In this document: positions 33,219 to 45,859 of the stretch, piece after piece | Position numbering within the stretch: position 1 is the first letter of the stretch | Layout: each line of letters opens with the position of its first letter | Assembly: GCA_965112735.1 (NCBI GenBank) | Contig: OZ218952.1 | Location: forward strand, 4,154,001 to 4,218,000 | DNA: 64,000 bases | Source of the DNA: Phaeosaccion multiseriatum | Taxonomy: Eukaryota; Protista; Ochrophyta, other classes | Direction: 5' to 3' | Translations under genes and position numbers: made by a program | Notes under the pieces: model-generated | Databases searched by the model: none | Told to the model about the DNA's origin: nothing | Seen by the model: only the letters and a program-made list of their open reading frames with translations

Positions 33219-36200
33219 ATGAATCCGCCGATGGCGCCGCCACCTGGGAAGATGCCCAGCAAGGGTGGAGGTATGCCTCCTCCTCCCCCAGCTGCTCTCT
33301 CTAACGGGGGGCGATCGGCGTCTCCTCCCCGACCAAGCATGCCCCCCCCCCCCCGCAATCGAAGTATCCGAGGCAGTGCTGGCGGTGATAAAGAAGCTGA
33401 CGGGGAGGAGAAGAGCGACAGAATCGTCAAGCCATTGACGGAGCCGCCAGAAAAAGAAGAAGCAGGGCTGGCGCCCCCCCGGCCACCAACCCTTGTCGGC
33501 GGCAAGTATCGCGTTCCGGACTGGGCTGGGCCTCCCCGTGCAGACCTTCCCTTTCGCTTTGAGGTGCTCAAGGGGGGGATCATCTTGGACGGCGTAGAGC
33601 TCAACGACACCAACAAGGACGGAGGGACGTATTTGATTGGGCGGCAGCAGGGGAAGGTGGACCTGCACATGGAGCACCCCAGTCTGTCCCGACAACATGC
33701 CGTGCTGCAGTTCAATCAGGAGGGCCTTCCTTCTCTCATCGACCTCCACAGCACTCATGGGACACGAGTCAACAAGGAGGTCCGTACGCAACAAGCAAAT
33801 GAGAGGGCTTCGACGAAAAGCAAAGTGGAGGGCTTCAATGCCAATGCCAACACCTTGCACTGCTCTGACAAGTACTCTGACCCCGCGGCTTAAGCTCCTT
33901 CACGCCTCTAACCCCCTCTACCCCCCCCCCCTCCTCCTCCTCCTCCTCCTCCTCCTCCTCCGCCTCCTTCTCTTCTTCTGCTGTGACGAATAGCGCCTCG
34001 CCGGTGGAGTGTGGCGGCAGCTGAATGTAGGCGATGTGCTTAAGTTCGGCGACAGTACACGCCTGTATATCCTGCAGGGACCGGAGGCCCTCCAGCCGGC
34101 CGAGTACGAGAGCGACCACCTACGTAAGATGCGAGAGAGGGCAGAGGCCCTGGCCGAAAGGCGGAGAGAGAGGAGAGAAGCAGCAGGACTAGGCCGAGGA
34201 GGAGAAGGAGAGAGAGGGGGGGGAGGAGGAGGAGGAGGAGGAGAAGGAGAGGGGTCTAACCAGGCAGAAGACCAAGGAGCATCTTGGGGCTTCGGAGAAG
34301 ACGCGGTGAACGAGGAGGACGAGGACGATGGCGAGGAGGACGACGAGGAAGAGGAGCTGCCTGAATACCTCAAGGGTCTCAAAACGAGCGGCCTTCAGGT
34401 ACACATGGATGTACATGGTCTGTGGCCATTGCTCTGCCATTGCGTCAACCTCTCCTGTTTGGCCCCCTTTCCTCTCTCTGTTCCCTACTGTTACCCCCTC
34501 CCCATCCTTCCTCTTCCTAGCAACTTGTGCTCAGCCGTGCCTTTCCCTCCCACTCAACGCACCCCCCCCCCCCCCGCTCTTCATTCTTCATGCTTCATGC
34601 TTCACCTCCCTCCTCCCCGCTTCCAACAAAGGCGGATAAGGCGAGGGACACAGCCCTTGCCGTGACCGCGGAGGAAGTGAGCGAAAAGGATATGAAGAAG
34701 ATGGAGAAGCTTCAAAAGAAGATCCAAAAGATTGAGAATCTGTACACTGAGATGGAGAGAATACAGGCACGTACATTGGTGTCGCAACCTGCGGAGGGGG
34801 GGGGGCGGGTGCAAGGGTGCAAGGCCATGAGGTGCCGTGAAGTGCCATTTGTATGTAGGCACGGGCAGAGTACTGCAACCGCTTGCTTTCAAGCACTCGG
34901 GACGGAACCACGGAACCTCTTACTTCCTGCTATTCTTCTTCTCGGGAAGGTGTTCTTTACTTGTGCACACGACATACGTTACAGAATCCGCTGTTTGTGC
35001 CCGATTTGACGAGGTTTTGAAGCTATGGAGTCTGATAAAGAGTCTTTCTGCCACGCTTCGCTTCGCGCCCCTCTCTGCCCTGCCCCATTGCTCTCACCTC
35101 CCCTTAACGGACTTTTGCCACAGAACAAAGACAACGGTCAAGGCGGTCTCACCCCGGGTCAAGCTCTCCAAGTGGAGCGCAACGAGCAGCGCATTACAGA
35201 GCTGCGCAGTCAGATCGCAGACATGGAGGAGGGCCTCAAGAGCAAGAACAAGCAGCGAGTGGAGCAGAGAGACAAGCAGCAGAAGGAGATGGAGACCCTA
35301 GAGGAGAGAAAGAGGAGGCGGGAGGAGGAAGGCGAGGACGGTGATGACGTCGGAGATGAGTTCTTTGATCGCACTGGTACAAAAGAGTTTGGTGGTGCAG
35401 GTGGTGGGGGAGAGAATGGCCGCGGCTCGGGCTGGGGGAAGCGGCGTAGCAAGGCGGAGTTGTTGGCGGAGAGAAAGGCAAGGAGGTTCGGAGGAGGCAA
35501 AGGGAGTCACCGTGGGAGTGGGGATGGAGGGGGGGGAGGAGGTGGGGCGTTGGGCAGTGCGAAGGAGAAGGGGGGCGCTCTCTCACACCAAGACCTCGTT
35601 GCTCTCCTGGAGAAGGCCAACAAGCAGCTCAGGTATGGTTCACTCAGTCACTTAGTCACCCAATCTCTCAATCAACAGTCACTCAGTCACCCAGTCTCTC
35701 AATCACACAGTCACTCAGTCACTCAGTCACTCCGTCACACAGTCACTCAGTCACTCAATCACAGAGTCACACAGTCACTCAGTCACTCAATCACAGAGTC
35801 ACACAGTCACTCAGTCACTCAATCACAGAGTCACACAGTCACTCAGTCACTCAATCACACAGTCACACAGTCACTCAGTCACTCAATCACAGACTCACGC
35901 AGTCACTCAGTCACTCAGTCACTCAATCACACAGAAACACAGTCACAGTCACACATTTGGTTTCCACACACTTCATTTGCGCCCAGACCCAAGCAACCTC
36001 CTCCTCACCCCCCCATGCGATCTTAGAGTGTCTCTCTTCACCCCCCCATGTGATCTGAAAGCGCCCCTCTCTCTCTGACACACTCTCTCTATGTTTGTCC
36101 ATGTATGCCACTCTCACACTCATACATGCACATACACACACACACAAACGCCTCCTTCGCCCCTCAACAGCGTGACCCGTAAGTCCCTAGCCTCGGTGGA

Positions 36201-37564
36201 GGAGAACAGGCTCAAGCTGGGAGCAGGAGGCACCGCTACACCTACTGCTGCTGCTGCTGCTGCTGCTGCGGACCCTCTGGACGCTTTTATGATGTCCAAC
36301 AGGAAGGAGAATGTCGAGGTCGAGAAGAAGGTGAGATTGACGAGACGGATAATGCAGAGGTGTAGAAGAGTGTCGGGAGACCTGCCATACTTTGAAGCAG
36401 GTGTCATCCGCCTGTGATTGACCATCCATCAGGGACAGGTGTATGCTCTCCTAAGCTGACACACACAGATACACATACACATAATACACACACGTCTCTT
36501 ATCGACCTCGTCCTGCCTCTCATCGACATCAAACATGCAAACCCTTCTCTTTCCCCTTTCCTTCTTTCGTTCCTCCCTTCCTCCCTTCCTCTGTCTCTCC
36601 CTCTCTCCCACCGCAGCTGCTGTCCGAGAAGGAAGCTGCTCAGATGAAGGAAGTGGCCCGCTTGGGGGCGCTCGTCAAGATGACACGATCCGCCCTGCCA
36701 GACCTTGCCCCTCCGACCGCCAAGGCCCCACCGGCGGCTACAGCGGTAGCAGACAGAGAAGGTGGTGGTGGGGTTGGCGACGATGATGGGATAGCCCGTA
36801 CGGAGGAGGAGGACAGCAGTGTGCGTGTGGCTTCACAGAGGAAGCTCAAGTCACCAGCACCACAGGCACAGGCAAAGGTCGAGAAGGGGCCGCGTCGGCC
36901 GCCGTCGGATCATCCGCAGCAGAGAGAGAATGTAACGGTAGAAGGGGAGCAGGAGAGTGAGGGGCAAGGGCGTGAGGCAGCAGCAGCAGTAGGAGCAGGA
37001 GCAGCAGCAGGAGGAGGAGGAGGAGGAGGAGGGGAGGGGGGGGGAGTTGAAGAAGCGGGGAAAAAGCGGCCGAGGCCTGGTGCGGCTGCTGCAAGCAGAG
37101 GCTTGAGCATGACAGACGCTCTACGGCAGTTCCAGCGGCAGACGCAGAGAGACGAGAACGAAGACAGCGGCGAGGAGAATAACGGTGTCGAGGGGCAGGA
37201 GGAGGACGATGATAACGAGAGAGGCGAAGGCAGTCACGAGGAGGGTGGCGGAAGGCACCGACAGAGGAAGAGAGGGCGACAGACAAGGGAGCGAGCCCCT
37301 GCGGCTGCGTCTGCTCCTCTCGAGTTTAGGCCAATGAAGGGCCCTGCGTTAGGACCGTCGGGCGCAGACTTGGGGCCCCAATCGTCCGCGGGGCGAGGAG
37401 GAGGAGGAGGAGGAGGAGGAGGTGGGGGGGGGGGGATGGGCCAGAGGAGGAAGGGAGGGCATGCAGGGGCTGGGGAATTGGAGGATGGAACGGCCGATTG
37501 GGTACCTCCGAAGAACCAGGACGGCACGGGCAGAACGAGTCTCAATGACAAGTTTGGGTATTGA
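33219..37564 (+). CDS. SLC4A1AP: Kanadaptin (FHA-domain nuclear protein, SLC4A1AP-like)
   Basis: YRVPDWAGPP..FEVLKGGII..IGR..HPSLSRQHAVLQF..DLHSTHGTRVN..VGDVLKFGDSTRLYILQGP; QGGLTPGQ..RNEQRI; DEFFDRT; DPLDAFM; C-terminal WVPPKNQDGTGRTSLNDKFGY*. Confidence 0.9.
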
Positions 37565-37811
37565 GTGTCAGGACCCACAGACAGACACACATATGCACTC
37601 ATGGTATTGAGTGTCATGCACGAGTGTGAGGGAGAGAGAGAGAGGCTACTCGTGGAGCGAGGGACAAAGAAGGCGCAGTGGCTCCTTGTCAGCGTATTTC
37701 GCCTCAGCGACGTTGAAGGTGGGGATTGCGCCTCCCGGACCAGGCGGTAGGTCGAGTCTCGAAGCAGCACGTCTTCAAATAATGTTAATTCTCTTGCTTT
37801 TCTTTTTTAAA

Positions 37812-38067
37812 ACACTCGATTTGCGTAAAGATCGCCCAAATCGCCTGAAGTGCAATAAAGTTTTTGGACACATGCAGGAAAATGACGCTGGGAGAAGCTG
37901 TTGCTCTTCGTGTAGCTCTTTGAGATGCCTATCGATCCCCCCATAGTCTTTCGGCTTTCATCGCTTTTTCCCTTCCCTACTTGTCAGCATTTCTGCAAGA
38001 GCACTCCACCTTGCCGCCCGATCTCTAAAAAACGGCGATTGGGCCGATTCCTACGCAAATCGAGTGT
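37812..38067. mobile_element. 256-bp MITE with ~34-bp TIRs, between convergent genes
   Basis: Left acactcgatttgcgtaaagatcgcccaaatcgcc; right (reverse complement) acactcgatttgcgtaggaatcggcccaatcgcc; second partial copy at 14492. No clean TSD. Confidence 0.8.
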
Positions 38068-38180
38068 CAATAATAATAAATTGAAAGTCGGGCGGACTGG
38101 TACGTATCGGTTAGGCCCAAGGAATGGTATCGAAAGGTCAGAAGCCGCCCTTGCGTCTCTGCTCCTCTGCCGGCCAAATA

Positions 38181-40498
38181 CTACAGGTCAGCGAAGAACT
38201 TCTCCGACGGGGTGGCCATCTTCGCCCTCGAGGGCCTGTTTCCGTTGCCGGCGTCGCTATCATCGTCGTCGCTATCATCACTGTCATCATCACTGTCCTT
38301 GTTCGCACCCTTCGTCTTACGCTTTCCCCCCTCCTCCTCCTCCTCCTCCTCCTCCTCATCATCATCATCATCATCAGCATCATCATCCCCCTCGTCCTTG
38401 TCGCTGCCCGAGCGCTTTCTTTTCTTGCCATTGCCCTTTCCTTTGCTCTCGTGCTCCCCCTCTTCGTCGCTATCATGCTCAGCGGTGGCGCCGCTTGCTG
38501 CCTTGCCCTCTCCACCTCCGTCGTTGCCCTTCTTCTCCTCACCTTCCTCTTCGTCTTCGTCTTCATCATCATCCTCATCATTCAGCAAGCTCGAATCCCA
38601 GAGTCGAACTTTATCGTCGTGGCTGGCCGTGGCGATGAGGGTCTCGTCGTGGTTCATTCTCATCGTCTCTACCGGGAAACCCTCGTGGTCGCCCAAGCAA
38701 CCCAAGAGCTGTGGGGCAAAGGAACACACACACGCACACACATACACACGAAAGAGAGAGAGAAGAGAGGCGTCAGTACACAAAGAGAACAGAGACAAAC
38801 GCTCCGTTCTACTCCGTTCCACTGCACTCCGCTCGGCACCGCACCGCCCCTCCCCACCACCGCCCTCCTTTGTGTGAATGTATGTGCCTGTACCTATACC
38901 TGATTGGGGTGCACGCTGACTACCCGAATGAAACCGTCGCTGCTGCCCGAGAGCAGGGTGTTCTCGTCGAGCTGCAGCATGGAGTCAATGCTCTGCGGAT
39001 GTCCGGGGAAGCGGTCCGTGGGGTCGCGCCACGTGCCTAGAACGAACGAACGAACGAACGAACGAACAAACAAAACAGCAAAACAAACCAAACGAATAAG
39101 CCCGTCCGGGGGGGGATTGGCTGAAAGAAAATTCAACGATACAGACACACTACACTATGGGGCCAGGCAACACTCGGTACCATACAGAAGAAGAGAGTAC
39201 AAAACACGATGACTTCCACCCACCCTTCCGGCCCTTTTCTAGCCTTCGATCTCTACCTCCATCGTTCCCTGCACCTCACCTGCGGAGAAGATGACCAGTA
39301 GACCGTTCTGCGCCCCGCACACCACCTTCCTGCCTCCCTTCATCACGCATAGAGAGAGCAACTCGTCCTCCTGCGGGGCCGCCCAAGGCACATCACACAT
39401 CATCACGTGACATCATACATGAACAACGGAATTATTATGGGGTGGGTGCATACAAAGGACATAGGCAAGGCAGGGCATGAGGTGCCAAGGAGAAAGGGAC
39501 AGTCCTGGCACGTTCACCCTGTAAAGATGGCATGCGAGCAGCAGCAGCAGCATGCAGCAGTGATACGATCACAGATGTGCCCGCCCTCACCTGATCTTCA
39601 GACCTTTCCACGAGCTTCTTCCGCTTGACGTCGTAGACTGACATGCCTGTGTCACCGCTAATGGCATACAACAGATGCTTCTCTCCCCCTCCTCCTCCTT
39701 CTCCTCCTCCGGTACTCGCCAACCCCGAAATAAAGTCGGTGTGCTCCTTGCACTCCATGAGGGCGCCCCTCCCCGCGCCTCGCCTCTCCTCCTCGCGCGT
39801 ATCCCATATCTTCACCACGCCATCGTCATCCCCCGAAGCGAGCAGGGTGGGCGAGAGCACGTGGAGGGCATTGACTGCGCCCGAGTGGGCCTCTCTCTGC
39901 CGCCAGACCACTTGGCCCGATCCCACGTCGATCATGGAAATGCTCTTGTCCTTGCTGCCTGTGAAGAGCCACGCACCATCGCTCGAGAACGTTACCACAC
40001 GGCAGGCTTGGGCGTGGTGGAGGCACTCGTGGAAGATGGTAGGACTCGTGCTGCTGCTTGTTGTGGGTGGAGGAAACGTGCCATCCTCTATAAAGGACCG
40101 TATGACGACCTTTCCGGTGATGAGCCCTACTGCAATGACATTCTGGGAGGGGTGCAGATCCAACCCACACACCTGGCAAGCGAGAGCAAGGAGGGACGGA
40201 GAGAGGAATTCAGGGTGAGACTGCGATTACGGAAGACGTCCTTCCTACCCCAGACCCGCAGACACTTCTCGCTGACCTGCTCTCCGAACGCCAAGCTCTT
40301 GCCCTTACTGGGGACTCCAGTCGGCTCATCTTCGTCGTCGTCCTCGTCGTCATCACTCTCCTCTCCTCCGTCCTCTCCACCACTTTCGTCGTCGTCGTCG
40401 TCCTCCTCATCCTCCTCCTCGGCCACATCCTCCTCGGCCTCCTCGCCACCGCTCTCCTCCTGTCCTCCGAGTATGCCGTCTTTAGGTTCCATCAACAT
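38181..40498 (-). CDS. WDR55: WD40-repeat protein WDR55/JIP5-like
   Basis: LAFGEQVCGLDLHPSQNVIAVGLITG, LFTGSKDKSI, LLASGDDDGVVKIWD, EHTDFIS, SEDQEDELLS, DRFPGHPQSIDSM, GSSDGFIRVV.VHPN, acidic tail ending FFADL*. Confidence 0.9.
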
Positions 40499-40619
40499 GT
40501 CTCCCTTTTTCCCTTGATGAGAGAGAAAGCCAGAAAGTAAAGCGCCACCTGTGAATGTGTATCACCACCCTTCCCTCCTCTTCTCTCACTTTCAGTTTCA
40601 CCTCTTCTTCCCCCCCTCC

Positions 40620-40748
40620 TCGGCCCCTGACGGGATTCTGAGGGGGAGAGCACGAAATCCGGAATCCGCCCTACAGAGGCCATCAAAATCCGGAGTCCGC
40701 CCTGCCATCAGAATCCGGGATCGGAACTAGAATACCGTCAGGGGCCGA
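40620..40748. mobile_element. 129-bp MITE, TCGRCCCCTG family
   Basis: TIR tcggcccctgacgg(g/t)attct (20 bp, 1 mismatch); perfect 6-bp TSD ccctcc at 40614-40619 and 40749-40754; internal aatccg repeats. Confidence 0.88.
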
Positions 40749-40907
40749 CCCTCCTCTTCCTCTTTCCTGCATCTGAGAGCAGAGAGTAAAGAGTTGTTTT
40801 TTGTGTTTTACATGAAGGTCTATTGTCCGCGAGATGAATTAACACTAGGCTGATTCAAATGTCTGAATAAAGTATGTGTGATGGTGTGATGAGCAGTGGG
40901 GGTCAGC

Positions 40908-41053
40908 TTAGTAGCGGTGTGTGTGCACGCCGACTCTTTGTACGCTTTCTCTGCAGGACGTCATGAGGTCTCCCGCAATCCCGCCCCAAACCACCTCCGG
41001 ATGGAAGCGGAAGGAGCGCGACCACTCTCTTTCGGGCTCCTCCTCGTCCTGTG

Positions 41054-41095
<42 letters not shown>

Positions 41096-43751
41096 AAAGA
41101 GCAGAGAGAGAGAGAGTACACATGGCGTGGGAGGATACACATTAGCCTTCCTTCCGAAATCCCTCTATTCCTACCCACTCACCCGCTCGCTCCCTTGCTC
41201 CCCCCCCCCCCCCCCCCACCCCCTCCCTCCCTCCCTCCCTCCCTCCCTCACCGAGTCGTAGTTGTTAGTGCCATGCCTCTGTCCGGCAAAGGGCATGGAC
41301 GAGGAGCGATGTATGGGCACGAAGCGAGAGCCGTCTTGCGTGGCGGACTCAAAGGGGGTGCCGAAGGCCTGTCGGGTGGGGCGTGAAGGAGGGCAGGGGG
41401 TGGGGACGGGAGGGCGAGGAACTCGACATCGACGCCTTATCAAGCGACTGACTACTGACCCACTGATGCCTCCCTCCCTTCCTTCCTTCCCTCCATCCCT
41501 TGCAGACAAACTGACCTGGCCGCTCAGCCAAGGGTGCTGCAGTGCTTGCGTAGCACTCCACCTCGCCACGGGATCCGTATCAAGGAGGTGTTGGATGAGA
41601 TCCTTGACCATCGGGCTGCGACTCGCCCACCGGGACTCGGGGAACGTCAGGGCGTAGGGCTGTACAAGGTGACGTTGGCCTGTTTGTTTGTTTGTTTGTT
41701 TGTTTGTGCGGCGGTGTGGGGAAGGGTTTTTTGGTTGGTTGTTAGATGGTGCGATGGTTTGGCAAACAATTTATAGTTAGAGGCGTGGAAGGGCGGAGGG
41801 GGAGAGGAGGGGCCAGGGATCTTGCTCTCCTCTCTCAGGCCCAACCAAGAAGCAAGCAAGCAAGCCAACAACCCTATCCATTCAAGTTTCAAGTTAGCAC
41901 CTCACTTACCTTTAGGCATGGCGGCAATATCCGTGACGAATGGCAGCCTGGCGCTGAGCAGCAGATAGAGGATGATGCCACAGCTCCACAGGTCAACCGA
42001 CTGTGAGTACTGCCGCTGCTGCCGGATCTCAGGCGCCAAGTAGCCCCCCGTGCCCAAGTACGAGCCGTGCAACATGCTCGCCTTGCTGGCGAAACCGAAG
42101 TCTATGAGCTTGACCCTAGGCCAGGAGTCGCCGTGCTTGCCGCCTGTTGGGCCCACCAGGAGTAAGTTCTCCGCCTGCCCTCGTGTAGCGGTTGGTCGTA
42201 AGTGGGCGGGGGATGGGGGAGGAAGACGTGGGGGAGGATGAGAAAGAGGACGAGAAAGAAAGAGGAAGAAAAAAACGCACGTCGTCAAGCAGTGCTCCTC
42301 CCTGTCCCACGCCTACCCCTCCCCTCCCCTCCCCTCCCCCCCCTCCCTCTTTCCCTCCTTCCTTCCCTCTCTCCCTCCCTCCTTCCCTCCCTCCCCCCCA
42401 TCCCACCTTAATGTCTCTATGCACGATGCCCTCGCTGTGCATATACGCCACACTCTCGAGTACACCGTGCATGAGCCGAGCTGCCTTCTCCTCAGGGAGC
42501 GGCCCCTGCTCCAGCAGGTACTCCGATAGCTCTCCGCCGCTCAGTAGCTCCATCACCATGATGAGGACCTACGGAGGCACACACGGACAAGCATACGGAG
42601 TGGCCCGAAAGGAATAGTGGGAGGTGGGGGTGGGTCCAGGTAGGGCCTCTGCCTTCCTTCTCCTTCGACACGCTTACTCCACCTGTTCGTTTTCCAGCAC
42701 GGTCTTGACCGAAACGATGCCGGGGTGGCTAACGTTGGAGAGAATCTGAGGAGCGCGTCCACGAGAAGCACACGCAGGAGAGGGGTGAATGTGTATCAAG
42801 TTACTCCCGTGTTGTACAAATCGCTACAGCGAGAAGTGCTGTACCAAGCACCATAGCGAGACTACAGTGCCAATCCGGGAATGGAGAAGCGGCAATGGCA
42901 GCAGGGGGAGGAGGAAGAGGAGGAAGGAGCATTGGTGCCGAAAAATACCCCCCCCTCCCTTCCTCCCTTCCTCCTCTCTTCTACGCCATAGCGCACCTCG
43001 ACCTCCCTCCTGAGCTGCTTCATGAGTCCCCGGCCCTCCGAGGGAAAGTCCAGCAGCAGCTTGCGCTTGTTGATGACTTTGCAGGCGAAGCGCTCTCCGT
43101 CGGCCCTGCGAGAGCAAATGTACACCTTCGACGTGGCCCCCACCCCTTTGTGGGTAGACACAGGTACGTAGATACGTACAGAAAAGAGGAAGTAACCGGG
43201 AATCGTGCAGGGTGAAAGGCGAGAAGAGAGTGGCGAGAGAGAGAGAGAGAGAGAGAGAGGCGGAGAATGACAATGACTGTGACAATGACTTTTCATACTC
43301 TTCCAAGATTTGGCCTTCAGACTCCTCCTTCCCATCTTACCAATTAGGGTCTCGAGTACGTAATGGTTGTCGAACTCCTGTGGCACCGGCTGTCTCAGAG
43401 GCTGCCACACAATAGAGAAGCAGCAGGGGGGGTGGGCGGGCGGCCGTAAGAGGACCACACACACGGAAGAGCAACTCTTATGCTCTTGCCTTTGTAGGAC
43501 AGCCAACTCACCATGCCAGCTCCACCGATGTTTCCGTCACTTTTTGCCTTGTTCAGCCCGCGCTTCCTCCGTCTGTTTGCAGGGCCATCGCTGAGTTTCT
43601 TCCTCGGCAGCAAAGCCTGGCGCTCCCCGTCCTTTCCTTTCCCCTCTCGAAACCAATTGAGACACCAGCCGCAACAAACACAGTCTACATCGCTGCCCTC
43701 GTCTTCGTCGTATAGTGCATACTCATGGTCATCCGCGGTTCCTGTCGTCAT
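40908..43751 (-). CDS. Ser/Thr protein kinase, CAMK group, with N-terminal Cys cluster
   Basis: Spliced IGVGATSKV, FACKVINK, REVE, VMELLSGGEL, HRDIKAENLL, KLIDFG, GTGGYLAPE, SVDLWSCGIILY, HLLDTDPVARWSATQALQHPWL; about 9 exons; no EF hands seen. Confidence 0.9.
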
Positions 43752-44169
43752 GAGGGAGGAAAGGACCTAAGATCCTCGCCCTCGTACTCCTCCCTCCTCT
43801 CAGACTGATCCTCTACAACCGAGTAGCGCGTGCACCATAGGAAAAAATCACAGAACAAGGAGGAAGCACGGGTGAAAGTGGCAGCGTGCACTCAAAAGGT
43901 GGTAGAGGTTCTTGTTCCCCCCTCGCCTCCTCCGGCCCTCGCGCGAGCCCGGCGGGCTCTTCTCACAGATGGCGTGGACCACCACTTTCCTATCCTCATT
44001 CTTTTTTCTTCTCTTTTTCCTCCTTCTTCTTCTTCCTCCTTCCTTCCTCCTACTTGTGCTCTCTCTCACTCTGAACCTCTTCTTGGCTTGGCTCTATTCT
44101 GGTTCCCTCTCCTGCCGTTCCAGCTGTAGTGCCTTTTCTTCCCTTCCACCATTCTCTTCCTTTTTATCA

Positions 44170-45430
44170 AAATCCCTGAGCTGTACTCCTCCAGTAAGGA
44201 GGGACTCACGGAGCGAGTGGAGGCGCGTAGGGGGAGAAGATGAGGGAATCGAAGCAGCAACAGGGACAGCAGCAGCAGGAGGAGAAGGAGGAGGGGCAGG
44301 AGGAGGAGGAGGAGGAGGCGGAGGGGTGGTGTGACCAGCAATCGCCGTAGATACAGGTCGAGAATACCCGCTAGAGTCCACCATCGATGCACAGGCGCCT
44401 CAGGTAAGAGGAAGGAAGGCAGCAAAACGTGCCCTCGTCCACCAAGGGGTACTTCGAAGTAGGGCGTCCATTGGTTCCTCATCCGTATGTTTGGGCAAGC
44501 ATCCCGTCCCTCGCTCCCTTCCTCCCACCCTCACCCATTGCCTCCCACCCTCACCTCCTCCCTCCGCCCCCCATCCACTGCCGTCCAGTTCAGGTGCAGT
44601 GGGAGCGCTTCTTCACCAGCGCGATGGTGCTGCGGGACAAGGTCGGCTGGTACGCAGAGCAGCAGGTAGGTGTGTGTGTAGGGGGGGGGGGGGGGGGGGT
44701 GTACATGAGGCAGGCAAAGCAGCAGATAGGTGTGTGTAGGGGGGGGGGGGGGGGTGGGTGTGCACATGACGTAGGCAGAGCAGCAGGTAGTGTGTGTGTG
44801 AGTGTATGTGGGTGGGTGTGCGTGTGCACGAGGTAGGCAGAGCAGCAGGTGTGTGTGTGTGCATGAGGCAGGCAGAGGAGCAGGTAGTGCGTGTGTATAG
44901 GTGTAGACGTGTGTGAAGGTGGGTGGGTGTGCGTGTACATGAGGTAGGTAGAGAAGAAGGTGTGTGTGGGGGGGGGGGGGGGATGAGGCAGGCAGAGCAG
45001 CAGGTAGAGTGTGTGTAGATGTAGGTGTGTGTGTGTATGTATGTCTATGTGTGTGTGTGTGCACATGAAGGAGGCAAGTAGGGGGTAATCAAGTGCGTGT
45101 GTGTGAATGAGGCAGGCAGAGCAGTAGGTATCGTAGGGCACCAAGTGCATGTGCGTGCGTGCGTGCATGCAGGCACTGCATTGTCGCCCCTTACCAGGCA
45201 TGTCGCCCGTTGCTAAGTGAAGGGGTCTATTGAGTATTTGCTCCTCTGTGCATCGTCCTGGGCCCAGGGCAGGGCAGGACAGAGCCCCAATCTGACGAGA
45301 AGGCGAACGCCCGCGCTTCTCTAGTGTTCTTTACACCTTTCGTTGTGCTGCACCACGGCAGCAGAGCAAGCGTTTGAAAATGTCTTCTTGAGGGCGACGA
45401 CTAGCAGGTGAGCCCGCAGCCTTCCTTCCC
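44170..45430 (+). pseudogene. Degenerate duplicate of the 5' part (exons 1-3) of the WDR26-like gene at ~47990-48990
   Basis: Colinear blocks accagcaatcgccgtag.tacaggtcgagaat.ccgctagagtccaccat.ga.gcacaggcgcctcaggtaagag, ggagcgcttcttcaccag.gcgatggtgctgc and ggcagcagagcaa..agggcgac..caggtgagccc. The ATG of MPLEST is ATA here, part of exon 2 is deleted and downstream exons are absent. Confidence 0.85.
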
Positions 45431-45859
45431 ATTACTTAGAGTCCGGACCTGTTCCCATTCCTTCCCATTAGCTCCTCTTCCTGCTCGCAGTAGCCCCCAT
45501 TTTGTTCGTACTCAAGTCTGAGGAATGCGAGGTGTCGGTGACCGAGCGCTGCGCTGGGGCCCTGGACCTTGGCACGAACGGTGGCACGAACGGAAGCAGC
45601 AGCAGCAGCAGCAGCAGGAGGAGGAGGAGGAGGAAGGAGGCAAGGAGCACTGGTGGCGAATGTCATCCTCCCTCCCAGAGAAAGCACAGTATTCGTGTAC
45701 AATTTTTTAATTTTAAAAAAAAATGATAAGGGTCTTTGAGTCGCCTCCGCCAGCAAGGGCTTTGCGAGGTTGTTTCTAGAAGCACAGTTGACACCGCGTG
45801 GACCTGGTGAGGCCCAAACCCCAACCAGGAGAAGCAGAGTTGAAACCGTGTGGACCAGA

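Noticed and set aside
32775-33860. 361-aa minus-strand ORF
   Set aside because: Antisense to kanadaptin exon 1 with no domain features.
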